NCBI RefSeq assembly: GCF_963975745.1 | Contig: NZ_CAXBIB010000007.1 | Span: forward strand, 33,340-97,339 | Direction of reading: 5' to 3' | DNA: 64,000 nt | Source: an uncultured Parvibaculum sp. | GTDB taxonomy: Bacteria > Pseudomonadota > Alphaproteobacteria > Parvibaculales > Parvibaculaceae | Part shown: piece after piece, positions 17,365 to 25,533 of the stretch | Layout of the letters: the number at the start of each line of letters is the position of its first letter | Position numbering within the stretch: position 1 is the stretch's first letter | Position numbers and translations under genes: made by a program | Notes under the pieces: generated by a model | Told to the model about the DNA's origin: nothing | Database searches by the model: none | What the model saw: the letters and a program-made list of their open reading frames with translations, nothing else

Positions 17365-18183
17365 TTACTGCTGCGCGGCGCCTGCATCCACCTTGAGGCG
17401 AACCTTGAGCGTTTCCTCGCCGCCGCCGCGCCGCCGACCCCGGACGGGCGATGCCTCCAGATAGTCGAGACCGCAGGCGACCCGGACATGCGCCGCAGTC
17501 GGACAGATGCGATTGGCGACGTCGAAGCCGACCCAGCCGAGGCCATCAATACAGGCTTCGGCCCAGGCATGGCTAGCCTCATATTCAGTATCGCCCTCGA
17601 ACCAGAGATAGCCGCTGACATAGCGCGCCGGCAGGCCGAGATGGCGGGCCGCCGAGAGAAAGACATGGGTGTGGTCCTGGCAGACGCCATAACCATGCGC
17701 CAGCGCCTCGGCGGCCGTTGTCGCCGCATGGGTTTCGCCGATCCGGTAGTCGACTCCATCGCGCACCGCATCCATCAGCCGGTGGGCGAGATCGATGGGC
17801 GTGCCGTCCGAGGCCGCCTTTGCGGCAGCGGCCAGCGCGCGGATCGCGGCATCGGGCGCCGTCAGTTCGGTCTGGCGCAGGAAGAAGAGCGGCGGCAGCG
17901 GCTCGGCTGTGCCGGCAACGATGCCGCCCGTATCCGATGTCTCGACCTCGCCCGCAACGCTGATCGTCAGCGCCTCGTGCAACTGATCGAGATAGAGCAT
18001 CTGCAGCACGTTGCCATAGGCATCGCGGCTTTCGCGGATGCGGCCGGCCGGCAGGGCGGCGACGCGCCAGGACAGGACCGTCTGCCCGGCATGGCCAAGC
18101 GGCACGAGCCGGAGCGCCTGCACCGAGTAATTGGCGGGGCCCTCGTAGCGATAGGTGGTGTCCTGGCGGATCAGAATGCGCAT
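17365..18183 (-). CDS. transglutaminase-like cysteine protease-fold protein
   Basis: N-terminal MRILIRQDTTYRYEGP (Bact_transglu_N-like) and the core GVCQDHTHVFLSAARHLGLPARYVSGY, which contains the catalytic-Cys context. Confidence 0.85.
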   Translation of the reverse strand: MRILIRQDTTYRYEGPANYSVQALRLVPLGHAGQTVLSWRVAALPAGRIRESRDAYGNVLQMLYLDQLHEALTISVAGEVETSDTGGIVAGTAEPLPPLFFLRQTELTAPDAAIRALAAAAKAASDGTPIDLAHRLMDAVRDGVDYRIGETHAATTAAEALAHGYGVCQDHTHVFLSAARHLGLPARYVSGYLWFEGDTEYEASHAWAEACIDGLGWVGFDVANRICPTAAHVRVACGLDYLEASPVRGRRRGGGEETLKVRLKVDAGAAQQ

Positions 18184-18196
18184 GAAAAATAGTCTA

Positions 18197-19138
18197 TCAC
18201 ATCAGATAGACGCGGCTGATTTCGGTGCCCAGCCTGTCGTTCTGCTCGATATGTTCGCTGAGGAACTCGTGCAGGCCCTGGCGGAACACATCCTCGACCC
18301 GGCCGAAGCGCAGCCGCGAATAGATCTGCCCGGCGACGCGATGTGCCTCGTTGCGCTGGCCATACTCCTCGCCGAGCCGGTCGAGGCAGTCCTTGATCTC
18401 GGCCGAACAGCTGATCAGCGAGCGTGGCATTTCCTCGCGCATGATCAGGAATTCGGCGATCAGCCAGGGCTTCAGTCCTTCGCGATAGACCGAATTGTAG
18501 CTGCGATAGCCCGAAACGGCGCGCAGGATCGAGGCCCATTGATAGTAGTCGACACCGCCGCCGACCTCGGCATGTTCGGGCAGCAGCAGGTGATACTTGA
18601 CGTCGAGAATGCGCGCGGTGTTGTCGCTGCGTTCGATGAAGGTGCCGAGCCGGGTGAAATGGTAGCGATCGCGGCGCAGCATGGTGGCGACCGTGCCGCC
18701 ATAGAAGAGCAGCGAGCGGTCCTTCACCCAGTCGAGAAAGCGATGCAGGCTGCTGCCGCGCACCCGCGCCTCGTTCCAGCCCGGCAGTTCGAGCCAGGTC
18801 GTGTTGAGGCTCTCCCATTGCTCGGTCGTCAGCGAGGTGCGCACGCCGCGCGCATTGCGCCGCGCGGTTTCGATGCAGGAACGGATGCTCGACGGATTCT
18901 CGGGATCGAAGGCGAGATAGGAAATGACGTTCTCGGGCGTCGCCTCCTCGTGCCTGGCATAGAATTCCTCCTCGCAACCCGAAACGACGACGGCCGAGTG
19001 CCATTCGCTGCCATCGGCATCGGTGCCCGAGGGCATCAGCGACAGCCGGTCGGTCACGCGCAGGATGCGGGCGAGACTTTCGGCGCGCTCCATGTAGCGG
19101 GCCAGCCAGTAGAGACTGTCGGCGGTGCGGCTCAGCAT
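18197..19138 (-). CDS. alpha-E domain protein (COG2307-like)
   Basis: I prefer the ATG at 19138, giving MLSRTADSLYWLARYMERAESLARIL, the typical alpha-E N-terminus. This leaves 4 nt to the upstream stop. Confidence 0.85.
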   Translation of the reverse strand: MLSRTADSLYWLARYMERAESLARILRVTDRLSLMPSGTDADGSEWHSAVVVSGCEEEFYARHEEATPENVISYLAFDPENPSSIRSCIETARRNARGVRTSLTTEQWESLNTTWLELPGWNEARVRGSSLHRFLDWVKDRSLLFYGGTVATMLRRDRYHFTRLGTFIERSDNTARILDVKYHLLLPEHAEVGGGVDYYQWASILRAVSGYRSYNSVYREGLKPWLIAEFLIMREEMPRSLISCSAEIKDCLDRLGEEYGQRNEAHRVAGQIYSRLRFGRVEDVFRQGLHEFLSEHIEQNDRLGTEISRVYLM

Positions 19139-19142
19139 GGCG

Positions 19143-20561
19143 TCATCCCTTGAGCACCCAGGTGTCCTTGGTGCCGCCGCCCTGGCTCGAATTGACGACC
19201 AGCGAGCCCTCGCGCATGGCAACCCGCGTCAGCCCGCCCGGCACGACGCGGATTTCGGCGCCGGACAGGATGAAGGGGCGAATATCGACATGGCGCGGCG
19301 CGACGCCCTCGTCGACAAAGGTCGGACAGGTCGACAGCGCCAGCGTGGGCTGGGCGATGTACTTGCCGGGCTTCGCCCGAACGCGTAACGCGAAGTCGGC
19401 AAGCTCGGCCTTGGTCGCCTTCGGCCCCACCAGCATGCCATAGCCGCCCGAGCCGTGAATCTCCTTGACCACCAGTTCATCGAGATGCTCGAGCACATAG
19501 GCGGCGTCGTCCGGCTCGCTGCAGCGCCATGTCGGCACGTTCTTCAGGATGGGCTGCTCGCCGAGATAGAACTCGATCATTTTCGGCACATAGGTGTAGA
19601 TCGACTTGTCGTCGGCAATGCCGGCGCCCACCGCATTGGTCAGATTGACGTTGCCGGCGCGATAGGCGCTCATCAGCCCGGCCACGCCCAGCGCCGAATC
19701 CGGCCGGAAGGTCAGCGGATCGAGAAACTCGTCATCGACGCGGCGATAGATCACGTCGACGCGCTTCGGCCCCTGTGTGGTGCGCATGTAGACGACATCG
19801 TCCATCACATAGAGATCGGGCCCTTCGACCAGCTCGACCCCCATCTGGTCGGCCAGGAAGGAATGCTCGTAATAGGCGCTGTTGTAGATGCCGGGCGTCA
19901 GCACTGCGACGGTCGGCTCGCCGACGCAGTTGCGCGGCGCAATCGATGTCAGCGTCCGCATCAGCTCGTCGCAATAATGGTCGACCGGCGCGACATTGTA
20001 GCGCGAGAAGAGATCGGGAAAGAGCCGCATCGTGATTTCGCGGTTCTCCAGCATGTAGGATACACCGGACGGGGTGCGGCAATTGTCCTCGAGCACGTAG
20101 AATTCGTCCGGCCCGACGCGTACCATGTCGATGCCAGCGATATGGGTGTAGATGTCGTGCGGCAGTGCGACGCCCTGCATCTGGCAGCGCCATGCTTCGT
20201 TCAGCAGGACCTCCTCGCGCGGCACATGGCCGGCGGCGAGAATGTCCTGCGCACCATAGACATCGGCAATGAAGGCATTGAGCGCCTTGACGCGCTGTAT
20301 GAGGCCGTCGGAAATCTGCTTCCACTCGGCCGCCTCGAGAATGCGCGGGATGATGTCGAAGGGAATGATGCGCTCCGGATCGCCTCCCTCGCCATAGACC
20401 GCGAAGGTGATGCCGGCCCGGCGAAAGAAGGTTTCCGCCTCTTCGCGGCGCAACGTCAGAATCTCGGTCGGCGTCTCGTCGAGCCAGGCTTGCAGTGTCC
20501 GATAGGCCTGCCGGACCTCCGCGCCCCGGGATCCCATTTCGTCAAAGAAGGCCGACGCCAT
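19143..20561 (-). CDS. circularly permuted type-2 ATP-grasp protein (COG2308-like amidoligase)
   Basis: 472 aa and first in the four-gene operon. Its length and conserved blocks (FDIIPRIL, YVLEDNCRTPSGVSYMLENR, PGGLTRVA) match my recollection of this family. AGGAG SD. Confidence 0.85.
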   Translation of the reverse strand: MASAFFDEMGSRGAEVRQAYRTLQAWLDETPTEILTLRREEAETFFRRAGITFAVYGEGGDPERIIPFDIIPRILEAAEWKQISDGLIQRVKALNAFIADVYGAQDILAAGHVPREEVLLNEAWRCQMQGVALPHDIYTHIAGIDMVRVGPDEFYVLEDNCRTPSGVSYMLENREITMRLFPDLFSRYNVAPVDHYCDELMRTLTSIAPRNCVGEPTVAVLTPGIYNSAYYEHSFLADQMGVELVEGPDLYVMDDVVYMRTTQGPKRVDVIYRRVDDEFLDPLTFRPDSALGVAGLMSAYRAGNVNLTNAVGAGIADDKSIYTYVPKMIEFYLGEQPILKNVPTWRCSEPDDAAYVLEHLDELVVKEIHGSGGYGMLVGPKATKAELADFALRVRAKPGKYIAQPTLALSTCPTFVDEGVAPRHVDIRPFILSGAEIRVVPGGLTRVAMREGSLVVNSSQGGGTKDTWVLKG

Positions 20562-20714
20562 GATGCTCCTGTCGTTTGCGGCGAATTTTTTCGCCCCCTG
20601 ACCCTACAGGGACAGCAAGAGAGATGCCATGCCGGGAAATGCGACGTTTGCGGCATTGGCACCGGAAAATGGACAACTGCCGTCGAAAAAACAGGCAATC
20701 TGCCCAAATGAACT

Positions 20715-21998
20715 TCAGTGGCGGCGCAGTTTTTCGAGCAGCGCAGGTGTCGGATAGCCGTCGGCCGGCAGACCGGCCGAAACCTGATAGGCCCGGATCG
20801 CCTTGCGCGTGTTGAAGCCGATAATGCCGTCGACGCCGCCGGTATCGTAGCCGCGCGCAGACAGCAGGCGTTGCAGGTCCATGCGTTCGGTGCGGCCGAG
20901 CGGCCGGTCGCTGCGCGGCCAGTCGGCCACGATCTCGCCGCGCCCTTTGTAGCGATCGGCCAGAAGATGAACGGCCAGCGCATAGGAGGTCGCCGCATTG
21001 TAGGCAAGGACCGTGCGGAAATTGTGCATCACCAGAAAGGCCGGGCCGCGATGGCCGGAGGGCAGGAAGATCGATGCCTTTTCCTCGGCCTCGCCGCCGG
21101 GAAAGGGCCGCCCGTCGACACGCGCAACGCCGGCCCTGGCCCATTCGGCCTGCGGCCTGGATATCGACATGTCGGCATCGGCATAGGCAAAGCCTTGCGG
21201 AAGCCTGACCTCGTAGCCCCAGACGGCGCCGCCGCGCCAGCCGGAATTCTGGAGATAGTGGCCGGCCGATGCCAGCGCATCGGCATGCGAGTTCCAGATG
21301 TCGCGCTTGCCGTTGCCGTCGAAATCGACCGCATGGGCATTGTAGGTCGTCGGAATGAACTGCGTCTGGCCCATGGCGCCAGCCCAGGAACCGAGCATGT
21401 TTTCCGGCTCGATGTCGCCTTTCTGGATGATCTGCAAGGCCGCAATCAGCTGCGTGCGGCCATAATCCGTGCGCCGCCCCTTGTAGCCCAGCGTCGCCAG
21501 CGAGCGCACCACGCTCATATTGCCCTGGAAGGAGCCGTAATTGGATTCAAGGCCCCAGATCGCGACCAGCACATGCCGGTCGACGCCATAGGCCTTTTCG
21601 ATGCGCTCGAGCAGCGCCCTGTTATCGGCCAGCAATGCCTTGCCGCGGGCGACCCGCGTCTCCGACAGCGCACTTTCGAGATATTCCCAGACCGGCCGGG
21701 TGAACTCGGGCTGACTTTCATTGGCCTCGACCACGCGCGGATCGGGACCGACCCCGCGCATCGCGCGGTCGAAAATCTGCGGCGCGACGCCCGCCTTGAG
21801 CGCCGCCTCGCGAAAACCGGTCAGCCAGTCGGCAAACTGCACGTCATCGACCTGGGCGGCCGGACTGCCCGGCGGCGGCAACGGCAGACCGGGTTGCGCA
21901 TCGGCGGCACAGCCGGTCACCGCAAGACCCAGCAGCGCGAGGGCCGCTGCGGCAACGCGCAACGGGCGCCGGACGGCTGGACGGACAGAAATGGGCAT
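20715..21998 (-). CDS. lytic murein transglycosylase (MltB/SLT_2-like) with C-terminal peptidoglycan-binding domain; probable lipoprotein
   Basis: GSWAGAMGQTQFIPTTY core, and a C-terminal PG_binding_1-like LLSARGYDTGGVDGIIGFNTRKAIRAYQ. The start at 21998 gives MPISVRPAV...LLGLAVTGC, a lipobox-like sequence. Confidence 0.85.
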   Translation of the reverse strand: MPISVRPAVRRPLRVAAAALALLGLAVTGCAADAQPGLPLPPPGSPAAQVDDVQFADWLTGFREAALKAGVAPQIFDRAMRGVGPDPRVVEANESQPEFTRPVWEYLESALSETRVARGKALLADNRALLERIEKAYGVDRHVLVAIWGLESNYGSFQGNMSVVRSLATLGYKGRRTDYGRTQLIAALQIIQKGDIEPENMLGSWAGAMGQTQFIPTTYNAHAVDFDGNGKRDIWNSHADALASAGHYLQNSGWRGGAVWGYEVRLPQGFAYADADMSISRPQAEWARAGVARVDGRPFPGGEAEEKASIFLPSGHRGPAFLVMHNFRTVLAYNAATSYALAVHLLADRYKGRGEIVADWPRSDRPLGRTERMDLQRLLSARGYDTGGVDGIIGFNTRKAIRAYQVSAGLPADGYPTPALLEKLRRH

Positions 21999-22033
21999 CG
22001 AGGACTCCAAGGCATATCGTTCGACAGACGCTA

Positions 22034-24019
22034 TCACGGCCCGGTTAAAAATCGAGCGACCGCGACGCCGCCAACCTCGAGGACCGCGCCCCCGAGCCGG
22101 AACTCCCTATCGGTCAAATAAGGCGAGATGTCGACCGGCCCCGGCCCGTAGTTGAAGATGAATTGGAAGGGACCGCGCCGCCGCGTCCTGAGGCCAGCCG
22201 GCAGCGCGGCGACGGCAAGACCTGCCTCCTGCGCCAGCCGTTCGACCACCTGTTGCAGCAGGCCGGCATCGGGCGCGCCGGCCAGGTAGTGCGCGCGGCC
22301 ACTCCGCGTCCATGCCGGATGCCCGTCCGCCGTCTCGGCGAGGACTTCCGTGCCCGGCGCCGTGACGACGAATTCGCGCCAGCGGTCGAAACTGAAGCTC
22401 TCATTGCCGATTCGCACCGGAACAGCCGAGCCGGGCCGGAAGCTCTCGACCCGTGTCACCTTGAGACCGAGCAGATCCTGAAGCGGTCCCGGCGCCAGAT
22501 TGTCGGGGATGCGGTGCGCGGCGGTTCGGCTGCCCGTACGCGGTGCGATCAGCAAGTGCCCCCGGCAATTGGCAAGCGATGCGGCCAGCACATCCGGCAC
22601 ATGCGGCATCGGCGGCACCAGCACCAGCGCGTAGGACGCAAGATCGGCATGCGGACCGACCACATCGATGTCGAGGCCCAGACGCCGCAGCGCGCGGTAC
22701 ATCGCAAAGGCCTGCTCGATATAGGTGAAGTTGCGGCCCTGGGGCTGCACGCGCAGGAACCATGCCGCTTCGTAGGAGAAGACCAGCGCGACCTTTGCCG
22801 GCGCGGGCGCCCCGAGCGGGCCCAGCGCAGCGAGATCGGCCGCCAGCTGCTCGACCTCGTGAAGCGCGCGGTCGGGCGTGTCGTCCGGCAGATTGAGGCC
22901 GGCATGAAACTGCTCCTGCGCAAAGGGCGCCTGCCGCCAGCGGAAATAGGAGATCGTTTCGGCGCCATGGGCAAAGCCTTCGAGGCCCCAGAGGCGGACG
23001 AGACCGGGCGCGGCATCGGTATTGTATTGCGCCCAGTTGACCGGCCCCGGCTGCTGCTCCATCACCCAGAAGCGCCCACGCCCCGCGCCGCGATAGAGAT
23101 CGTGATGAAAACCCTGCAGATCGGGATCGCCGGTGCGCGCAAAGGCCGCCTTGTGCGACGCTTCGCCCGGAAAGACGTCGAGACTGCCCAGCGGATAGGA
23201 ATCCCAGGTCGCAATGTCGAGATCCTTCATCACCTCGTAGTGATCGAAATCGAGAAAGAAGGTCATGAAATTGTGCAGGATGTCGCGTCCCGGCGAGAGC
23301 GCCCGGATGATCGCCGTCTGCACACGATTGAAGGCCGCGACCTGGTCCGATGCATAGCGATGGAAATCGACGCGATGTGCCGGATTGGTTTCGGTGACGG
23401 CGCCTGCCGGCAGATCGATCTCGGCAAAGTCGCGATATTCCATGCTCCAGAAGACATTGCCCCAGGCTTCGTTGAGCGCGTGGATGTCGCCATAGCGCTC
23501 CTTCAGCCAGTGGCGAAAGCCGATCAGCGCTTCATGCGACCAGGAAAGCACCGTGTCATGGCAGCCATATTCATTGTCGGTTTGCCAGGCGACGATACCG
23601 GGATGCCGACCGAAGCGTTCGGCAAGCGCGGTCACGATCCGGGCGCATTCGTGGCGGTACCCCGCATGTGAAAAGCAGTAATGCCGGCGCGAGGCGAAAC
23701 CGCGCGCGCGGCCGCGGGCGTCGACCGGCAGCATGTCGGGCATCTGGTCGACCAGCCATTTCGGCGGCGTCGCGGTCGGCGTGCCGAGCACCACTTCGAG
23801 CCCCGCCGCATGCAGCGTATCGAGGGCACGGCCCAGCCAGTCGAAGTCGAGATGGCCGGGCCTGGGTTCGAGCCGCGACCAGGCGAATTCACCGATCCGC
23901 ACGCGCGTGATGCCCGCCGCGCGCATCCGCCGTGCATCGTCGGCCCACATCGCCTCCGGCCAGTGCTCGGGGTAGTAGCAGACACCGATCGTGACGTCGG
24001 TGGCGCGTGGTTCGGCCAT
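22034..24019 (-). CDS. beta-galactosidase, glycoside hydrolase family 42
   Basis: N-terminus IGVCYYPEHWPEAMWADDARRMRAAGITRVRIGEFAWSRLEP and WQTDNEYGCH are typical of GH42. Confidence 0.9.
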   Translation of the reverse strand: MAEPRATDVTIGVCYYPEHWPEAMWADDARRMRAAGITRVRIGEFAWSRLEPRPGHLDFDWLGRALDTLHAAGLEVVLGTPTATPPKWLVDQMPDMLPVDARGRARGFASRRHYCFSHAGYRHECARIVTALAERFGRHPGIVAWQTDNEYGCHDTVLSWSHEALIGFRHWLKERYGDIHALNEAWGNVFWSMEYRDFAEIDLPAGAVTETNPAHRVDFHRYASDQVAAFNRVQTAIIRALSPGRDILHNFMTFFLDFDHYEVMKDLDIATWDSYPLGSLDVFPGEASHKAAFARTGDPDLQGFHHDLYRGAGRGRFWVMEQQPGPVNWAQYNTDAAPGLVRLWGLEGFAHGAETISYFRWRQAPFAQEQFHAGLNLPDDTPDRALHEVEQLAADLAALGPLGAPAPAKVALVFSYEAAWFLRVQPQGRNFTYIEQAFAMYRALRRLGLDIDVVGPHADLASYALVLVPPMPHVPDVLAASLANCRGHLLIAPRTGSRTAAHRIPDNLAPGPLQDLLGLKVTRVESFRPGSAVPVRIGNESFSFDRWREFVVTAPGTEVLAETADGHPAWTRSGRAHYLAGAPDAGLLQQVVERLAQEAGLAVAALPAGLRTRRRGPFQFIFNYGPGPVDISPYLTDREFRLGGAVLEVGGVAVARFLTGP

Positions 24020-24094
24020 GGATTCCCCCCCCGGTTTTCTCTAACTTGCCGGAAACGGCGGCAGGACCGCAAGGCGGCACGGGAAGGACGACGG

Positions 24095-25408
24095 ATGACC
24101 AGAGTTTGCATGATCGGCGCGGGCAGCACGGTCTTCATGAAGAATCTGGTCGGCGACATCCTGTTGAACGATGTTTTCGCCGATTGCGAGATCGCGCTTC
24201 ACGACATCGACGAGGCCCGCCTGAAGACTTCGGCGATCGTTGCGGCCAAGATCGCCGACAGCCTCTCGGTCTCCCCCACGATCACTGCAACGACCGACCG
24301 GCGCGAGGCGTTGAAGGATGCCGATTTCGTCATCGTGATGATCCAGGTCGCCGGCTACAAGCCCGGCACCGTCACCGACTTCGAAATTCCGAAGAGATAC
24401 GGCCTTCGGCAGACCATTGCCGACACGCTGGGTGTCGGCGGCATCATGCGCGGGCTGCGCACTGTGCCGGTGCTGCTCGAGATCGCAAACGATATGCGCG
24501 AACTCTGCCCAAAGGCGTTGATGCTGCAATATGTCAATCCGATGGCAATCAATTGCTGGGCGCTGAACCGCATGGCGCCCGACATCCGACATGTCGGCCT
24601 CTGCCACTCGGTCCAGGGCACCGCCTGGGAACTCTCGAAGGATCTCGGTGTCGACTACAAGTCGCTGCGCTACCAATGCGCCGGCATCAACCACATGGCT
24701 TTCTACACGCGGTTCGAACACGAGCGGCCCGATGGCACGCGCGAGGACCTCTATCCGCGATTGAAGGAAATTGCCGCCTCGGATGCCGAACCCGAATGGA
24801 ACAAGGTACGATACGAGGTGCTGCGTCGAACCGGCTATTTCGTCACCGAATCGAGCGAGCATTTTGCCGAATATGTGCCCTGGTTCATCAAGCGCGACCG
24901 GCCGGAGCTGATCGAGAAATTCAATATACCTCTCGACGAATATATCCGCCGCTGCGAGGAACAGATTTCGGCATGGGATGCCCAGGAGCGCGATCTTGTC
25001 TCGGCCAACCGCCTGGAGGTCAAGTTCTCGGGCGAATATGGTGCCAAGATCATGCGTGCCGTCGTTTCGGGCAAGCCGGCCGTCATCAACGGCAATGTCG
25101 CCAATCACGGCCTGATCGATAACCTGCCGGCTGGCGCCTGCGTCGAGGTGCCGTGCCGCATCGATGCGAACGGGGTGACACCAACGAACGTGGGCACGCT
25201 GCCGCCGCATCTGGCCGCATTGATGCAGACCAACATCAATGTGCAGGCGCTGACGCTGGAGGCGCTGGCAACCGGCAAACGGGAGCATATCTACCACGCT
25301 GCCATGCTGGACCCCCATACCGCCGCCGAATTGTCGCTCGACCAGATCTGGAATCTCGTCGACGACCTGATCGAGGCGCATGGGGACTGGCTGCCGCGCT
25401 TCCGCTGA
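24095..25408 (+). CDS. GH4 alpha-galactosidase/alpha-glucosidase (NAD/Mn-dependent)
   Basis: The start at 24095 gives MTRVCMIGAGSTVFMKNL (Rossmann fold) after a GGAAGGA SD. GLCHSVQGT is the GH4 Cys-His site. The ORF-track start at 23681 overlaps the divergent GH42 gene. Confidence 0.85.
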   Translation: MTRVCMIGAGSTVFMKNLVGDILLNDVFADCEIALHDIDEARLKTSAIVAAKIADSLSVSPTITATTDRREALKDADFVIVMIQVAGYKPGTVTDFEIPKRYGLRQTIADTLGVGGIMRGLRTVPVLLEIANDMRELCPKALMLQYVNPMAINCWALNRMAPDIRHVGLCHSVQGTAWELSKDLGVDYKSLRYQCAGINHMAFYTRFEHERPDGTREDLYPRLKEIAASDAEPEWNKVRYEVLRRTGYFVTESSEHFAEYVPWFIKRDRPELIEKFNIPLDEYIRRCEEQISAWDAQERDLVSANRLEVKFSGEYGAKIMRAVVSGKPAVINGNVANHGLIDNLPAGACVEVPCRIDANGVTPTNVGTLPPHLAALMQTNINVQALTLEALATGKREHIYHAAMLDPHTAAELSLDQIWNLVDDLIEAHGDWLPRFR

Positions 25409-25533
25409 CGCCCCCCCCGAAAAAGACAGCCATCTACCGATTTTTGTGTCATTTGGGCGACGCAAATATAAAATCCCGACGCGGTTGGCGGCGGGGGCAG
25501 AAGCCGATTCGCACGGCGAAGGGGGAAATCGAC

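Noticed and set aside
16563-17771. 402-aa version of the Anbu ORF
   Set aside because: The extension overlaps the transglutaminase gene and is low-complexity. The family requires Thr at position 2 (MTYC), which the internal ATG at 17306 provides.
20580-20595. Hairpin GGCGAA-TTTT-TTCGCC in the 5' leader of the ATP-grasp gene, as a riboswitch or attenuator
   Set aside because: It is a 6-bp stem with no alternative pairing and no conserved riboswitch features visible. That is too little evidence to call it a regulatory RNA.
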